Of a stretch of DNA of 64,000 bases, positions 32,523 to 43,002 are shown one piece after another. The stretch comes from an uncultured Clostridia bacterium. Lineage in GTDB: Bacteria > Bacillota > Clostridia > TANB77 > CAG-465. The stretch's first letter is position 1. Every line of letters starts with the position of its first letter. The notes below the pieces were generated by a model. That model ran no database searches. It was not told the origin of the DNA and saw nothing but the letters and a program-made list of their open reading frames with translations. Where the stretch lies: positions 37,846 through 101,845 of the forward strand of contig CAKPAG010000004.1 in NCBI GenBank assembly GCA_934132895.1. Direction: 5' to 3'. A program made the translations under genes and the position numbers.

Positions 32523-32899
32523 AACTTTTGCCTATAGCACTTTTTAGTGGAATAGTTGCGGGAATGGGAATCGGTGGAGGAGGAATATTTATTCTTTTAT
32601 CTACTATATTTAATATACTTAGTCAAAAAGAAGCACAAAGTTATAATTTGATTATGTTCATAGTAGTTGGACTAAGTAGTACAATCGTTAATTTAAAAAA
32701 TAAAAATATTGATAAAGAAAATTTTAAAAAACTAATAATTCCAGTATGTCTAGGAAGTATTGTAGGAGTAATACTTGTAAGATTTATAGATGAAAAAATT
32801 TTAAAAATTATTTTTTATATATTTATGGTATTAATAGGAATATATGAAATTATTTCTAGTTTAAAAAATATGTATAAGGCAAAAACTAATAATGGATGA
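32504..32899 (+). CDS. TSUP (TauE/SafE, DUF81) family transporter, 4-TM C-terminal half; possibly one gene with 32154..32522
   Basis: GIVAGMGIGGGGIFILL motif. The two halves sum to about 253 aa, the normal TSUP size. The start may be the TTG at 32513, 9 nt after GGAGG. Confidence 0.5.
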   Translation: MFDLYLKLLPIALFSGIVAGMGIGGGGIFILLSTIFNILSQKEAQSYNLIMFIVVGLSSTIVNLKNKNIDKENFKKLIIPVCLGSIVGVILVRFIDEKILKIIFYIFMVLIGIYEIISSLKNMYKAKTNNG

Positions 32900-32912
32900 A
32901 AGGAGGAAGTAA

Positions 32913-33051
32913 TATGAATTTTGTAAAGGGAGCAATGATGGGAATAGTTGCAGGTGCAATTGTTGGTGTTATGAATAGTGATAGTATAATGAAAATGTTT
33001 AACAAAGGTTCAAGACAGGTTAAGAAAATGGCTAAAAAGTATGCATTATAA
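32913..33051 (+). pseudogene. Small hydrophobic protein gene with a strong RBS, disrupted by a homopolymer (GGGG) frameshift
   Basis: AAGGAGG, then 8 nt, then the ATG at 32913. As given it reads MNFVKGAMMGNSCRCNCWCYE*. With GGG in place of GGGG it reads MNFVKGAMMGIVAGAIVGVMNSDSIMKMFNKGSRQVKKMAKKYAL*, a plausible 45-aa membrane peptide. Confidence 0.35.
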
Positions 33052-33409
33052 TTAATGTTTGAAAGTATCTTATGTATGTAATAAATACATAGGATATTTT
33101 TGCTATAACTAATTAAAGATTTTTAAGGACTTAGGTTTTGATACATAATTAAAAAATACATGAAAAGATAATATGATAAGGTAAGTGGCTTGAAAATTTA
33201 AGGGAAATATTGAAATAGTATTTTAAAAACAATACATATACTTCATGAAGACTATACTTTGAACTAAAAAAATAATAATATTGGCTGTAACATGAATATG
33301 TTAGGGCCTAAATTTTTACTTAAAATAATATAAAAATCTTTTTTTAAAAATATTGTATTTTTTTGTAGATTATTATATAATACCAAAGAAAATAAAGGAG
33401 GAAAAATTA

Positions 33410-35647
33410 ATGGAAGAAAATAAAGCATGGAGAGATTTTGTAGATGGAAATTGGAAAGAAAATGTAAATGTTTCAGAATTTATCAAGCTAAATTATACTA
33501 AATATGAGGGTGATGATAGCTTTCTAGAAGGACCAACAGAAAATACAACTAAGTTATGGGATGAAGTTGCATCACTAATGAAAAAAGAAACAGAAAATGG
33601 TGGAGTACTAGATGCAGATGAAAAGATTATTTCAACAATAACTTCACATGATGCAGGCTATGTAGACAAGGATTTAGAAATAATTGTAGGTCTTCAAACA
33701 GACAAGCCTTTAAAAAGAGCAATGATGCCAAATGGAGGCGTAAGAACTGCCTCAACTGCTTTGGAAGAATATGGCTATAAAATGGATGATGAAGTAAAAG
33801 AAATTTTTACTAACTACAGAAAAACACATAACCAAGGAGTTTTTGATGCATATACACCTGAAATAAGAAGATGTAGGAAAAACGGAATAATAACAGGACT
33901 TCCAGATGCATACGGTAGAGGAAGAATTATTGGAGATTATAGAAGAGTGGCTCTTTATGGAGTAGACTTTTTAATTGAAGATAAAAAAAGACAAAAAAAA
34001 TCATTAGAAAATGTTGTCATGGATGAAGAAAATATACGTACAAGAGAAGAAATGGAAGAACAACTTCATGCTTTAAATGAATTAAAAGAAATGGCTTTAA
34101 AATATGGTTACGATATATCTGTTCCAGCTTCAAATGCTAAAGAGGCAATACAATGGACATACTTTGCATATCTTGCAGCTATTAAAGAGCAAAACGGAGC
34201 AGCAATGAGCTTAGGTAGAGTATCAACATTTTTAGATATATACGTTGAAAGAGATATAAAAGAAGGAATACTTGATGAAAAGAAAGCTCAAGAGCTAATA
34301 GACCAGTTTGTTATAAAATTAAGAATGGTAAGGTTTATGAGAACTAAAGCGTATAGTGAATTATTTGCTGGAGATCCAAACTGGGTAACAGAATCAATAG
34401 GTGGCATGAGTTGTAATGGTGAAACTTTAGTTACTAAAAACTCATTTAGAATGCTAAATACATTATTTAATTTAGGACCAGCACCTGAGCCAAATTTAAC
34501 AGTACTTTGGTCAAAAAGATTACCTGATGGCTTTAAAAAATTCTGTTCAAAAGTTTCAATAAAAACAAGTTCTATTCAATATGAAAATGACGATTTAATG
34601 CGCGAATATCATGGGGATGATTATGCAATAGCTTGTTGTGTATCCGCTATGAGAATTGGTAAACAAATGCAATTTTTTGGAGCAAGATGTAATTTAGCTA
34701 AATCATTACTTTATGCAATAAATGGAGGTAAAGATGAAATTAGTGGTGTTCAAGTAGGACCAGAAATAACTCCTATAAAAGCAGAATATCTTGATTATGA
34801 TGAGGTAATGAAAAGACTTGATGAAGTATTTGAATGGGTTGCTAAAGTTTATATAGATGCGTTAAATATTATTCATTACATGCATGATAAATATGCATAT
34901 GAGAGAATTCAAATGGCTCTTCATGATAAAGATATACATAGAACAATGGCTTGTGGTGTATCAGGACTTTCTGTTGTAGCAGATTCACTTAGTGCTATAA
35001 AATATGCTAAAGTTAAACCAATATATGATGAAAGAGGAATTGCTGTTGATTTTAAAACAGAAGGAGAATATCCATGTTTTGGAAATGATGATGATAGAGT
35101 TGATGATATTGCACTAAAAATTCAACATATGTTTATGGAAAAATTAAGAGTACAAAAAACATATAGAAATGCTGAACCAACAATGTCAATTTTAACTATA
35201 ACTTCAAATGTGTTATATGGTGAAAAAACAGGTACAACTCCAGATGGAAGAAAAAAAGGAGAGCCATTTGCCCCAGGTGCAAACCCTATGTACCATAGAG
35301 AAACAAAGGGAATAATTGCTGCATTAAATTCAGTTGCTAAACTGGAATATGAAGATAGTATAGATGGTATTTCATATACATTTTCTCTTGTACCTGCAGT
35401 TCTAGGCGAGACTGAAGAAGAAAAAGAAGATACATTAAAAATATTATTAGACTCATATTTTGAAAAGGAAGGACATCATATAAATATAAATGTATTTGAT
35501 AGAAACGTATTGCTTGATGCTATGGAACATCCTGAAAAATATCCACAACTTACAATAAGAGTTTCAGGATATGCAGTAAATTTTGTTAAATTATCTAAAA
35601 AACATCAATTGGATGTTATTGCTAGAACATTTCATGAAAAAAGATAA
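33410..35647 (+). CDS. pflB: Formate C-acetyltransferase (pyruvate formate-lyase)
   Basis: 745 aa from the ATG at 33410, after RBS AAGGAGG. Catalytic Cys pair ([22 protein letters not shown]) and the C-terminal glycyl-radical motif RVSGYAV. Confidence 0.95.
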   Translation: MEENKAWRDFVDGNWKENVNVSEFIKLNYTKYEGDDSFLEGPTENTTKLWDEVASLMKKETENGGVLDADEKIISTITSHDAGYVDKDLEIIVGLQTDKPLKRAMMPNGGVRTASTALEEYGYKMDDEVKEIFTNYRKTHNQGVFDAYTPEIRRCRKNGIITGLPDAYGRGRIIGDYRRVALYGVDFLIEDKKRQKKSLENVVMDEENIRTREEMEEQLHALNELKEMALKYGYDISVPASNAKEAIQWTYFAYLAAIKEQNGAAMSLGRVSTFLDIYVERDIKEGILDEKKAQELIDQFVIKLRMVRFMRTKAYSELFAGDPNWVTESIGGMSCNGETLVTKNSFRMLNTLFNLGPAPEPNLTVLWSKRLPDGFKKFCSKVSIKTSSIQYENDDLMREYHGDDYAIACCVSAMRIGKQMQFFGARCNLAKSLLYAINGGKDEISGVQVGPEITPIKAEYLDYDEVMKRLDEVFEWVAKVYIDALNIIHYMHDKYAYERIQMALHDKDIHRTMACGVSGLSVVADSLSAIKYAKVKPIYDERGIAVDFKTEGEYPCFGNDDDRVDDIALKIQHMFMEKLRVQKTYRNAEPTMSILTITSNVLYGEKTGTTPDGRKKGEPFAPGANPMYHRETKGIIAALNSVAKLEYEDSIDGISYTFSLVPAVLGETEEEKEDTLKILLDSYFEKEGHHININVFDRNVLLDAMEHPEKYPQLTIRVSGYAVNFVKLSKKHQLDVIARTFHEKR

Positions 35648-35997
35648 AAGTTATGTAAAACGAAATGGTAAAGTAGTATTGACAATTAATAAATTGTGTG
35701 CTATTATTTAAGCAAAAGAATTAAAATAAAAAAATCAGGTCAATTGAAAAATTAAAATCCATTTAGAAAAAGTAATTTCTAGTTACAAATAAAAAGCTAG
35801 ATAAAGGCAAACAATTTGTATCAAGAGGTTGCTTTTTTGTAAAAAGTAGTGTAAAATTAAAGTATATTGATAGAAAAAACTGCATAACAAAGGCTCAAAT
35901 GGAAATTCCTCAAAATTTTGTGTAAGGTTAACTTCTATTCGAGAAAAAGGATATTAATTTTTAATATGTAGGTGTTTCTAGAGATTTAAATTTGTGT

Positions 35998-36309
35998 TTA
36001 ATTGTTTTTTAAAAGGTAAGGTTTCAAGGTAACCTTATCTTTTTGTATCTTTTGTATATTCAATTTTTTAAGAATGTTTTCATCATAAAAGAAAGAAAAC
36101 GCTTCATATGGAGTTTTCTCGCCTAAAGACTTTCTAGGAATAGAATTTATGTGAGAAAACATTAAATCTACTTTATCTTGAGTTAAGTGATACCAATCAA
36201 TTCCGTTAGGAAGAATCTCTCTAACAAAATTATGATTGTTTTCAACATGAGGTTTTTGACTAGGTGATTGAGGATCACAATAAAAGAAAAAATGGTGGAA
36301 TCTTGTCAA
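35998..36309 (-). pseudogene. IS30-family transposase, C-terminal fragment (remnant)
   Basis: CDPQSPSQKPHVENNHNFVREILPNGIDW...INSIPRKSLGEKTPYEAF matches the conserved IS30 DDE C-terminal region (SPWQRGxNENxNGLLRqYFPKG...LNxRPRKxLgxkTPxExF). No N-terminal part follows. Confidence 0.65.
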
Positions 36310-36321
36310 AGAGAAAAATTT

Positions 36322-36699
36322 ATGAAAAGATTTCAGATTTTTTTATTGGTGTATTGTATAGTAATGCTGACTTTGATTTGGGCAGCCCCAATTATCAAAG
36401 GAATAATATTTAATACTTTTTTCATATTAGGACTAGTTGCATTTTTAAATTATGATTTTATGGTAGTACTTGAAAAAAGTATTCGAGGTAAACAAGAAAA
36501 AATAAGTTTAAAAAAGATAGTATTAAGTAGTACAAGAATTATACTTGAAGTGTTTTTGGTATTATCTTATATAGTATATTTTGTATTAGTTGATATTTTT
36601 AAAGAATATATTTTGATGCTTACAATTATTTTAATATTTAGTATGGCTTTGCTAGGGTTTATTGCCTATGTAATATCAAAAAAATTTAGAGATAGTTAA
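36322..36699 (+). CDS. Hypothetical membrane protein (4 TM)
   Basis: Internal ATG (MKRFQIF...) of the track ORF 36268..36699. The upstream part overlaps the IS30 remnant. No recognised family. Confidence 0.4.
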   Translation: MKRFQIFLLVYCIVMLTLIWAAPIIKGIIFNTFFILGLVAFLNYDFMVVLEKSIRGKQEKISLKKIVLSSTRIILEVFLVLSYIVYFVLVDIFKEYILMLTIILIFSMALLGFIAYVISKKFRDS

Positions 36700-36990
36700 A
36701 AATGAAAAAACATAAATAAAAAGTTTTAGATTAGAGTTATAATTGATTTTAATCTGAGACTTTTTTATTCTTTAACAGCTCATTTACTTTAAGTGCTAGT
36801 GTTTCATGTTTTTATAGTGTAAATGTATATCATCTTCAAATATAGAGAGTTGATTTTAGATAATTATCTGGAATAGATAAAATATATTGATTAGAATGTA
36901 TAAGTTGACATATTATTTAAACTATGATATTATAATGTAGTAAAAATAAAAGCCAAATCTTTATTAATAATTTAATTTAGGGGGATTGTT

Positions 36991-37446
36991 ATGTGTGAAT
37001 TAAAATTTTATTTGTTAAAATTACTAATGAATAGGAAAAAAGCTACAGCATTTAGAAATATTATTTTTATTCTGTTTTTAGCAATAGATTTTGGTATAGT
37101 AGCCTCTTTAAGAAATACTGGTATTTCGACATTAAGCGTAATTCTTATTATATTATTTACAATTTTTGGTATGGCAGTTAATATATATGAAGCGTTATAT
37201 AACAGGGAAATAGAAATACTTAAGAAGAATAGTTTGAAAAATATAGTGCTTGCTGAACCTTCTATACACGAGATGTATATGATTAGTATATATACTTTAG
37301 TAGTTTTATGGATGTATTATAGAAATAGTGCAAATGGAATAGATTTAAGTATACTTTGCTTTATTTTATTGATACTTCTGTATATTTTTTCGATATTTAT
37401 AAGTAGAAAAATTTCTGAGTATTATGAGGAGAAAATAAATAAATAA
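36991..37446 (+). CDS. Hypothetical membrane protein (4 TM)
   Basis: 151 aa. RBS GGGGGA is upstream. Confidence 0.45.
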   Translation: MCELKFYLLKLLMNRKKATAFRNIIFILFLAIDFGIVASLRNTGISTLSVILIILFTIFGMAVNIYEALYNREIEILKKNSLKNIVLAEPSIHEMYMISIYTLVVLWMYYRNSANGIDLSILCFILLILLYIFSIFISRKISEYYEEKINK

Positions 37447-37645
37447 AAAACAATGAAAGATAAAATTTAAGGTCTACTTAAGATTTAGTTGATTTTGAAT
37501 TTTATCTTTTATTTTTAATTAGAGCTATTGTAATTTATGTAAAAGGTATTATGCAGGAATAAATAAAAATTAGCTTTAAAGTGTTGAAAATATTAAATAG
37601 TTATGTTAAAATTTATTTTTAGAAAGGATACTTTTTTAAGTATTT

Positions 37646-38365
37646 GTGATACATATGAATTATTATGAAATATTAGAAATAAGTAGAAATGCTTCAGAAG
37701 AAGTTATAAAAAATGCATATAGGGCATTAGTAAAAAAATATCATCCAGATAAAAATGGCAATAGCATTATTACTGATGAAAGAATGAGAAAGATTAATGA
37801 AGCCTATGAAGTTTTAAGTGATAAAGAAAAAAGAGCTATTTATGATAATGAACTTCTATTTAAAGAACAAGAAGAAAAAAGATTAGAAGAAGAACGTTTA
37901 TATCATGATATTATAGATAATAATACACACAATATAAAAGAAGAGTATGTGGATAAAAATAAGGAGAAAAAGAGTTTAAAGGAAAGATTTGAAGCATTAA
38001 GTGAAAAGCAAAAAAAGAAAGTTATTTGCATAATAGCAGTGATTTCATTTTTTGTAGTATTTTTATTTACATTTATTATTTCTTCTTTATGTACTCCATC
38101 AACTAAGAAGGAAAACGAAGAGAAAAAAGATGAATTTGTAGAAGACGATACAAATTATGATATTAATGAGAATTACGTTAATAAAGGAAATGACTATGAT
38201 TATGATGTTAAAAACTTTCATGACGAAGAAGTAATTGAAAAAGAAACTGAAAAAACTACAGATGAAAGTAAAGAAAAAGATACAAAAGATAGCCAAAACA
38301 ATGTAGATAAGAATAAAGATTCTGAAAAAGATACAAAAAAAGATAATATAGTAACAATATATTAA
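37646..38365 (+). CDS. J-domain (DnaJ-like) membrane protein with an acidic/Lys-rich tail
   Basis: NYYEILEISRNASEEVIKNAYRALVKKYHPDKN is the HPD J-domain. A central TM segment (ICIIAVISFFVVFLFTFIISSL) and a K/D/E-rich C-terminus. Start uncertain (37646 or 37655). Confidence 0.65.
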   Translation: MIHMNYYEILEISRNASEEVIKNAYRALVKKYHPDKNGNSIITDERMRKINEAYEVLSDKEKRAIYDNELLFKEQEEKRLEEERLYHDIIDNNTHNIKEEYVDKNKEKKSLKERFEALSEKQKKKVICIIAVISFFVVFLFTFIISSLCTPSTKKENEEKKDEFVEDDTNYDINENYVNKGNDYDYDVKNFHDEEVIEKETEKTTDESKEKDTKDSQNNVDKNKDSEKDTKKDNIVTIY

Positions 38366-38408
38366 ATAAAAAATAATAAGTAATAACAAAAAGTAAAGAG
38401 GAGAATAT

Positions 38409-39131
38409 ATGCTTGGAAGAATACACTCAGAGGTGAGTTTTAGTAAAGTAGATGGACCTGGAATAAGATATGTTGTATTTATGCAAGGGTGTAATTTAAG
38501 ATGCAGATTTTGCCACAATGTAGATACATGGAGTACAACTAGTGGAAAGCTGATTGATTCTCAAGAAATTGCTAAAAACATATTGAAAGCATTACCATAT
38601 ATTAAGAATTCAAATGGTGGAGTCACTATTTCAGGAGGAGAACCATTACTTCAAATAGAGTTTCTAATAGAACTTTTTAAAACATTGAAAAAATACGATA
38701 TAAACATAGCTTTGGATACTGCAGGAAACTTTGATACTGATGAAAAGGGATTAGATGAACTTCTTAAATATGTTGATTTAGTACTTTTTGATATAAAACA
38801 CATTGATAATGAAGAGCATAAAAAATTAGTTGGTTTTGAAAATACTAAAATCCTTGAAATGGCAAAATATATATCAAATGTAAAAAAAGTTCCAATGTGG
38901 GTTAGAATAGTTTATATACCTGGAATTACAGATAAAGATGATTCGTTTGAAAGATATAAAGAATTTATAAAAAAATTAAAAAGTGTAGAAAAAATTGAAG
39001 TACTTCCTTACCATGAGCTTGGTGTATATAAGTGGAAAGAACTTGGTATGGAGTACACTTTAAAAAACATACGCATTCCAACTAAGGAAGAATGCAAGAA
39101 AATAGAAGATTTCTTGCATTGTTATGGATAA
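38409..39131 (+). CDS. pflA: Pyruvate formate-lyase activating enzyme (radical SAM)
   Basis: GRIHSEVSFSKVDGPGIRYVVFMQGCNLRCRFCHNVDTW is the canonical PflA N-terminus, including the CxxxCxxC cluster. Confidence 0.9.
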   Translation: MLGRIHSEVSFSKVDGPGIRYVVFMQGCNLRCRFCHNVDTWSTTSGKLIDSQEIAKNILKALPYIKNSNGGVTISGGEPLLQIEFLIELFKTLKKYDINIALDTAGNFDTDEKGLDELLKYVDLVLFDIKHIDNEEHKKLVGFENTKILEMAKYISNVKKVPMWVRIVYIPGITDKDDSFERYKEFIKKLKSVEKIEVLPYHELGVYKWKELGMEYTLKNIRIPTKEECKKIEDFLHCYG

Positions 39132-39399
39132 TTGTTATAAAGTTAAGTAGAAAACTTTGAGTAAATTATATAGTAAATTTGAACTAAATTAAAAATAACT
39201 CAGAAAACTTGGAAGATGCATCTTAGTGATTATTGCGTTATTTTTTATAGTATATTTATTAAAGATATTTCAGCCCTAAAATTACAGTAAAGCTGTTGCA
39301 AGAAATTTAATTTTGATATATAATTTAAACTATATATATAAGAATTTTGAAGATAATAAAAATATACAAAAAATCAAAATTAAAAGGAGAGAAAAAACT

Positions 39400-40491
39400 A
39401 TGAAAACTAGAAAAACTAGTGAAAAAAGTGGGATATCATTAATAGTGTTAGTAATAACAATAATTGTAATTATAATATTGGCAGTAGCAGTAATATTATC
39501 AATTGTAAATAACAATCCAATTGAAAATGCAAAAGAAGCAGAATTTAAAAATGACGTAAAAACAATGCAAGAAGAACTAGATTTATTAAAATCAAGTAAC
39601 TACGCTAAAAATAATGGAGAGAACTATAATAATTTAGACGGAACACCAATAACAATATCACAGTTACAATCAGCAAGTAAATATCAAGGCGATTTTACAG
39701 TAAAATATGGAGGATTATACATAAAAAGTGAAAATAATTTAACAGCAAATGAAACAATATTAGCAGATGAGTTGGGAGTAGTAAGATTAATAAATAAAAC
39801 TGATTCAAAAGTTGGAAGTTATGCAGACATAAATGGAGATGGAAAAGTAGATGGAGTAATCTATGCAGACTTAGCAGAAACTGTAAGTGGTCAGTGGGGC
39901 GACAGTACTGTAACATTCTCATATGAAAAAGAAGAAGAAACAAAAGATTATTATGTGAGTGGAAGTTATAAAGGAGTATTTTCAGACGACGAAAAAGAAG
40001 TAATAAGTGTGGTAGATAGCTCAATAGGAAAAGAAAGATTTTATGTAATGACATTAAATAGTTTTTATACAGAAACATCAACGACTTTCTATTGGTATAA
40101 GGGTGCATGTGAAAAAGGAATAGTTGATTGGAGAAAGCTGACATTAACAGAATTTGGAACAGGAAAAGAAAATACACAAACTATGATAAAAAAATGGAGT
40201 AACAGTGAATATGGTGGAAAAGATGCTGGACAACAGCCAGATATGTGGGGAGTAATAAAAGAAGAGGTAGATAAAGGATGGTATGTACCATCGAAAGGAG
40301 AATGGGCAGCATTTTTGTGTAATTTAAGTATTACATCAGATAATTATATAAAAAAAGGTTTGCCGGGGTATTGTTGGTCTTCTTCACTGGGGGATAACAG
40401 CTATGCTTGGATCCCTTTCTTTAGCAATATGTCAATGGGACTTAGTCGCATCGATAATTACGCATATCTTTATTTGAGTACAACTTTTTAA
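39400..40491 (+). CDS. N-terminally membrane-anchored protein with a C-terminal DUF1566 (Lcl C-terminal-like) domain
   Basis: TM segment ISLIVLVITIIVIIILAVAVIL. C-terminal GWYVPSKGEWAAF...GYCWSSSLGDNSYAWIPFFSNMSMG resembles the W.LPT..E...GYYWSST...AW DUF1566 signature. Start at the ATG at 39400 after AAGGAG. Confidence 0.5.
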   Translation: MKTRKTSEKSGISLIVLVITIIVIIILAVAVILSIVNNNPIENAKEAEFKNDVKTMQEELDLLKSSNYAKNNGENYNNLDGTPITISQLQSASKYQGDFTVKYGGLYIKSENNLTANETILADELGVVRLINKTDSKVGSYADINGDGKVDGVIYADLAETVSGQWGDSTVTFSYEKEEETKDYYVSGSYKGVFSDDEKEVISVVDSSIGKERFYVMTLNSFYTETSTTFYWYKGACEKGIVDWRKLTLTEFGTGKENTQTMIKKWSNSEYGGKDAGQQPDMWGVIKEEVDKGWYVPSKGEWAAFLCNLSITSDNYIKKGLPGYCWSSSLGDNSYAWIPFFSNMSMGLSRIDNYAYLYLSTTF

Positions 40492-40908
40492 TTTTATAAA
40501 AAATTGGTAGTGATATGTGAAAGTTGTGGAGGACATTTTAACTTAGGACCAATAAGATTTTGTAAAAAGTTATTAACTTTAACTAAAAATATATGTAATA
40601 ACAGAAAAAGCATTAAACAAAAGCAAGTATTGATAATAAAAATCAAAAAGGCAAATCAAGAAGTATATTATAAATAAATTATGTATTTTAAAAAAGGTAT
40701 AAAAATAAAAAAAATAACGTAAGGGAGCTTAGATAATATATCTTAGTCTTTCTTGCGTTTTTAATTTAATTATAAACAGTAACTCAAAATTTTAAAAAAG
40801 AAATAAAAATTTAAAATTTTATGTATTTAGTTATTGCTATTTGATTTAGTTTATAGTAAAATATATAGTATATTAGTATAATTAAAGAAAATTAGAGAGG
40901 AAATTATT

Positions 40909-41232
40909 ATGGTTTACAAAAAAATAACAATAACCGCAGTAGTTATTGCAATAATAGCTGCAGTAGTTAGTAATTTTACTTTTGCAGCAGTAGATATAAC
41001 TACAAATGATAAAATAATGGATTCAACAATGAATATTTTAATATTTTTACAAAAATATTCTTGGCCAGTTGTAACTTTAATATTCATTTATGCACTGTAC
41101 CAATTTTATGTTGCAGGTTCTGAGATATTAGAAAGTAAAATAATAGGTCAAAGGTTGATAGTGGGAATAGCAATATTTATGGTAATATTGCAATGTTTAC
41201 CACTTGTTTATGCATTTTTAACCGTTAAGTAG
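40909..41232 (+). CDS. Small membrane protein: signal peptide plus two TM helices (VirB2/TrbC-pilin-like topology)
   Basis: 107 aa. N-terminal hydrophobic segment ending ..FTFAA, then two hydrophobic helices. First gene of a compact three-gene cluster. Confidence 0.4.
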   Translation: MVYKKITITAVVIAIIAAVVSNFTFAAVDITTNDKIMDSTMNILIFLQKYSWPVVTLIFIYALYQFYVAGSEILESKIIGQRLIVGIAIFMVILQCLPLVYAFLTVK

Positions 41233-41265
41233 ATTTACGTAGAGGGAAGAAGAGGTAAAAAACAT

Positions 41266-42963
41266 ATGAAGGTTCTTTTTGGAATAAATAATGATGATAC
41301 TGTAAAAGGTATAGTGTCTTTTTATAACGAAAAATATAATGAAAAGTTAGAATATAAAAATGTATATTATTTTAAACAATTTATACAGGAATTAGCAAAT
41401 GGCGGATATGATAGAGCAGTTCTTTTAGAAGAGCTTGAAAAATTTCCGACAACTAATTATGCACAAATAGATGACTATCTTTTTAAAAATATTGACAATA
41501 TGACAGATGTTTATGATGCTAAAAGCATTGTATATATTGCATCTGATAGAAGAAAACACGGTGATGAATATCTTTCTAAATTATTTAACTTAGGAATGTA
41601 TACCGTTCTTACAGGTCAAGATAGAACAAAAGGAAAAGTTTGTGAAGCAATTCATAAACCACTTTTGAAAAAAGATGTAAAAAAATATTACGAAGATGTT
41701 GTAGGGGAAAATGTATATAAAAGCGCTGAAGTATCAGAAATTGAAATTCAAAGAATAATATCTTATTATAAAAATCAAAATGGAAATACAGATAAATATA
41801 ATGAAATATTTGATAGAATTTCTACTCAATATACAAACGAACAATTAAGAGTAATATGCAATTTCTTACCTGTTGACGTTAAACAATATCTTGCTATGAA
41901 CAGTGAAAAGTATAAAAACATTATGATGCTTCCGGATAATTATTCTGTTCAAGTAATGGAACCTCAAGCAGGTGAACGTAAACCAAAGGAAATATTATCA
42001 AAAGATAGAGATGCAAATGCAGTTCAAATCAAAAAAGATTCTAATATGGCTGAAAGAATAGTAGTACAACAAGTTCCTCAAGAAAGAGTTGTTACTCAAG
42101 TGGTTGAAAAAGAAGTACTAAGAAATGTATATGAGGTACCTAAAGATTATAAGAAAACAGTTTGTTTTGTGGGAGCACCAAAGGTTGGAACTACATTTTG
42201 TATAAACGCAATAGGAACGTATCTTGCACGTAATAAGGTAAAAACAGCAATAGTTGATTTAACTAGAAAAAGAGATACATATACTATTTATACTTATGAT
42301 AGTGAAGGAAAAAGACATATAGCAGCTGAGAGTTTAAAATATGCTTCAAATGGACTAAATGAACCTTTGGTATATGATAAACTAAGCATATATACTGGAA
42401 TGCCAGGTGAAGATAGAAAAACATACAACTCTAGTGTAGTAATGGAAACTGTACTTCAAAATAACAACGCAGTTTTAATAGATACAGACTTTACAACACC
42501 TGTAGATTATTTTAGACAATGTCAAGAAATATATATTGTTCAAGATATGGATATATTAAACATTAATCAACTTACTATGTTTTTAAGGAACCTAAAATCA
42601 AAGGGTATTTCTATGCAAAAGCTAAGGGTAATAATTAACAAGCATGTTAAATGTGTACTTACTGCAAAAGATATTTTAGATGGAATTGCTACATACACAA
42701 GTTATGATTTAAAAATGTATGATGAGTTATTCAATTCATCTTCAATTCCATATTACATTTTACCTTTTGATATTGATAACTATAGAAAGTATGTTGAAAT
42801 GGTATATAAATATTCAAATAAATTTGCTACTTTCTCAGATGACTTTAAACAAAATTTAGAAAAAATTATAAATTCTATATATCCTGTATCTGGTAGAGTT
42901 AATGTAGGTACTAATAATACTTATTCTAGCCAAGGTTCAAGAAGAGGAATATTTAGAAAATAG
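41266..42963 (+). CDS. Protein with an N-terminal pseudo-receiver-like domain and a C-terminal MinD/ParA-fold domain carrying a degenerate Walker A
   Basis: 565 aa. MKVLFGINNDD... has a REC-like fold but lacks the acidic triad. VCFVGAPKVGTTFCINAIGTYLA aligns to the deviant Walker A (xKGGxGKTT) but without the lysines. AIVD and LIDTD correspond to the A' and Walker B motifs. Confidence 0.45.
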   Translation: MKVLFGINNDDTVKGIVSFYNEKYNEKLEYKNVYYFKQFIQELANGGYDRAVLLEELEKFPTTNYAQIDDYLFKNIDNMTDVYDAKSIVYIASDRRKHGDEYLSKLFNLGMYTVLTGQDRTKGKVCEAIHKPLLKKDVKKYYEDVVGENVYKSAEVSEIEIQRIISYYKNQNGNTDKYNEIFDRISTQYTNEQLRVICNFLPVDVKQYLAMNSEKYKNIMMLPDNYSVQVMEPQAGERKPKEILSKDRDANAVQIKKDSNMAERIVVQQVPQERVVTQVVEKEVLRNVYEVPKDYKKTVCFVGAPKVGTTFCINAIGTYLARNKVKTAIVDLTRKRDTYTIYTYDSEGKRHIAAESLKYASNGLNEPLVYDKLSIYTGMPGEDRKTYNSSVVMETVLQNNNAVLIDTDFTTPVDYFRQCQEIYIVQDMDILNINQLTMFLRNLKSKGISMQKLRVIINKHVKCVLTAKDILDGIATYTSYDLKMYDELFNSSSIPYYILPFDIDNYRKYVEMVYKYSNKFATFSDDFKQNLEKIINSIYPVSGRVNVGTNNTYSSQGSRRGIFRK

Positions 42964-43002
42964 TAAAGAATATAACGAACATAAGAAAAGGGGATAAAAA
43001 AA

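Noticed and set aside
33353-33409. 19-codon N-terminal extension of pflB in the ORF track
   Set aside because: The extension contains the RBS AAGGAGG. The ATG at 33410 is correctly spaced. The extension is hydrophobic junk ([13 protein letters not shown]).
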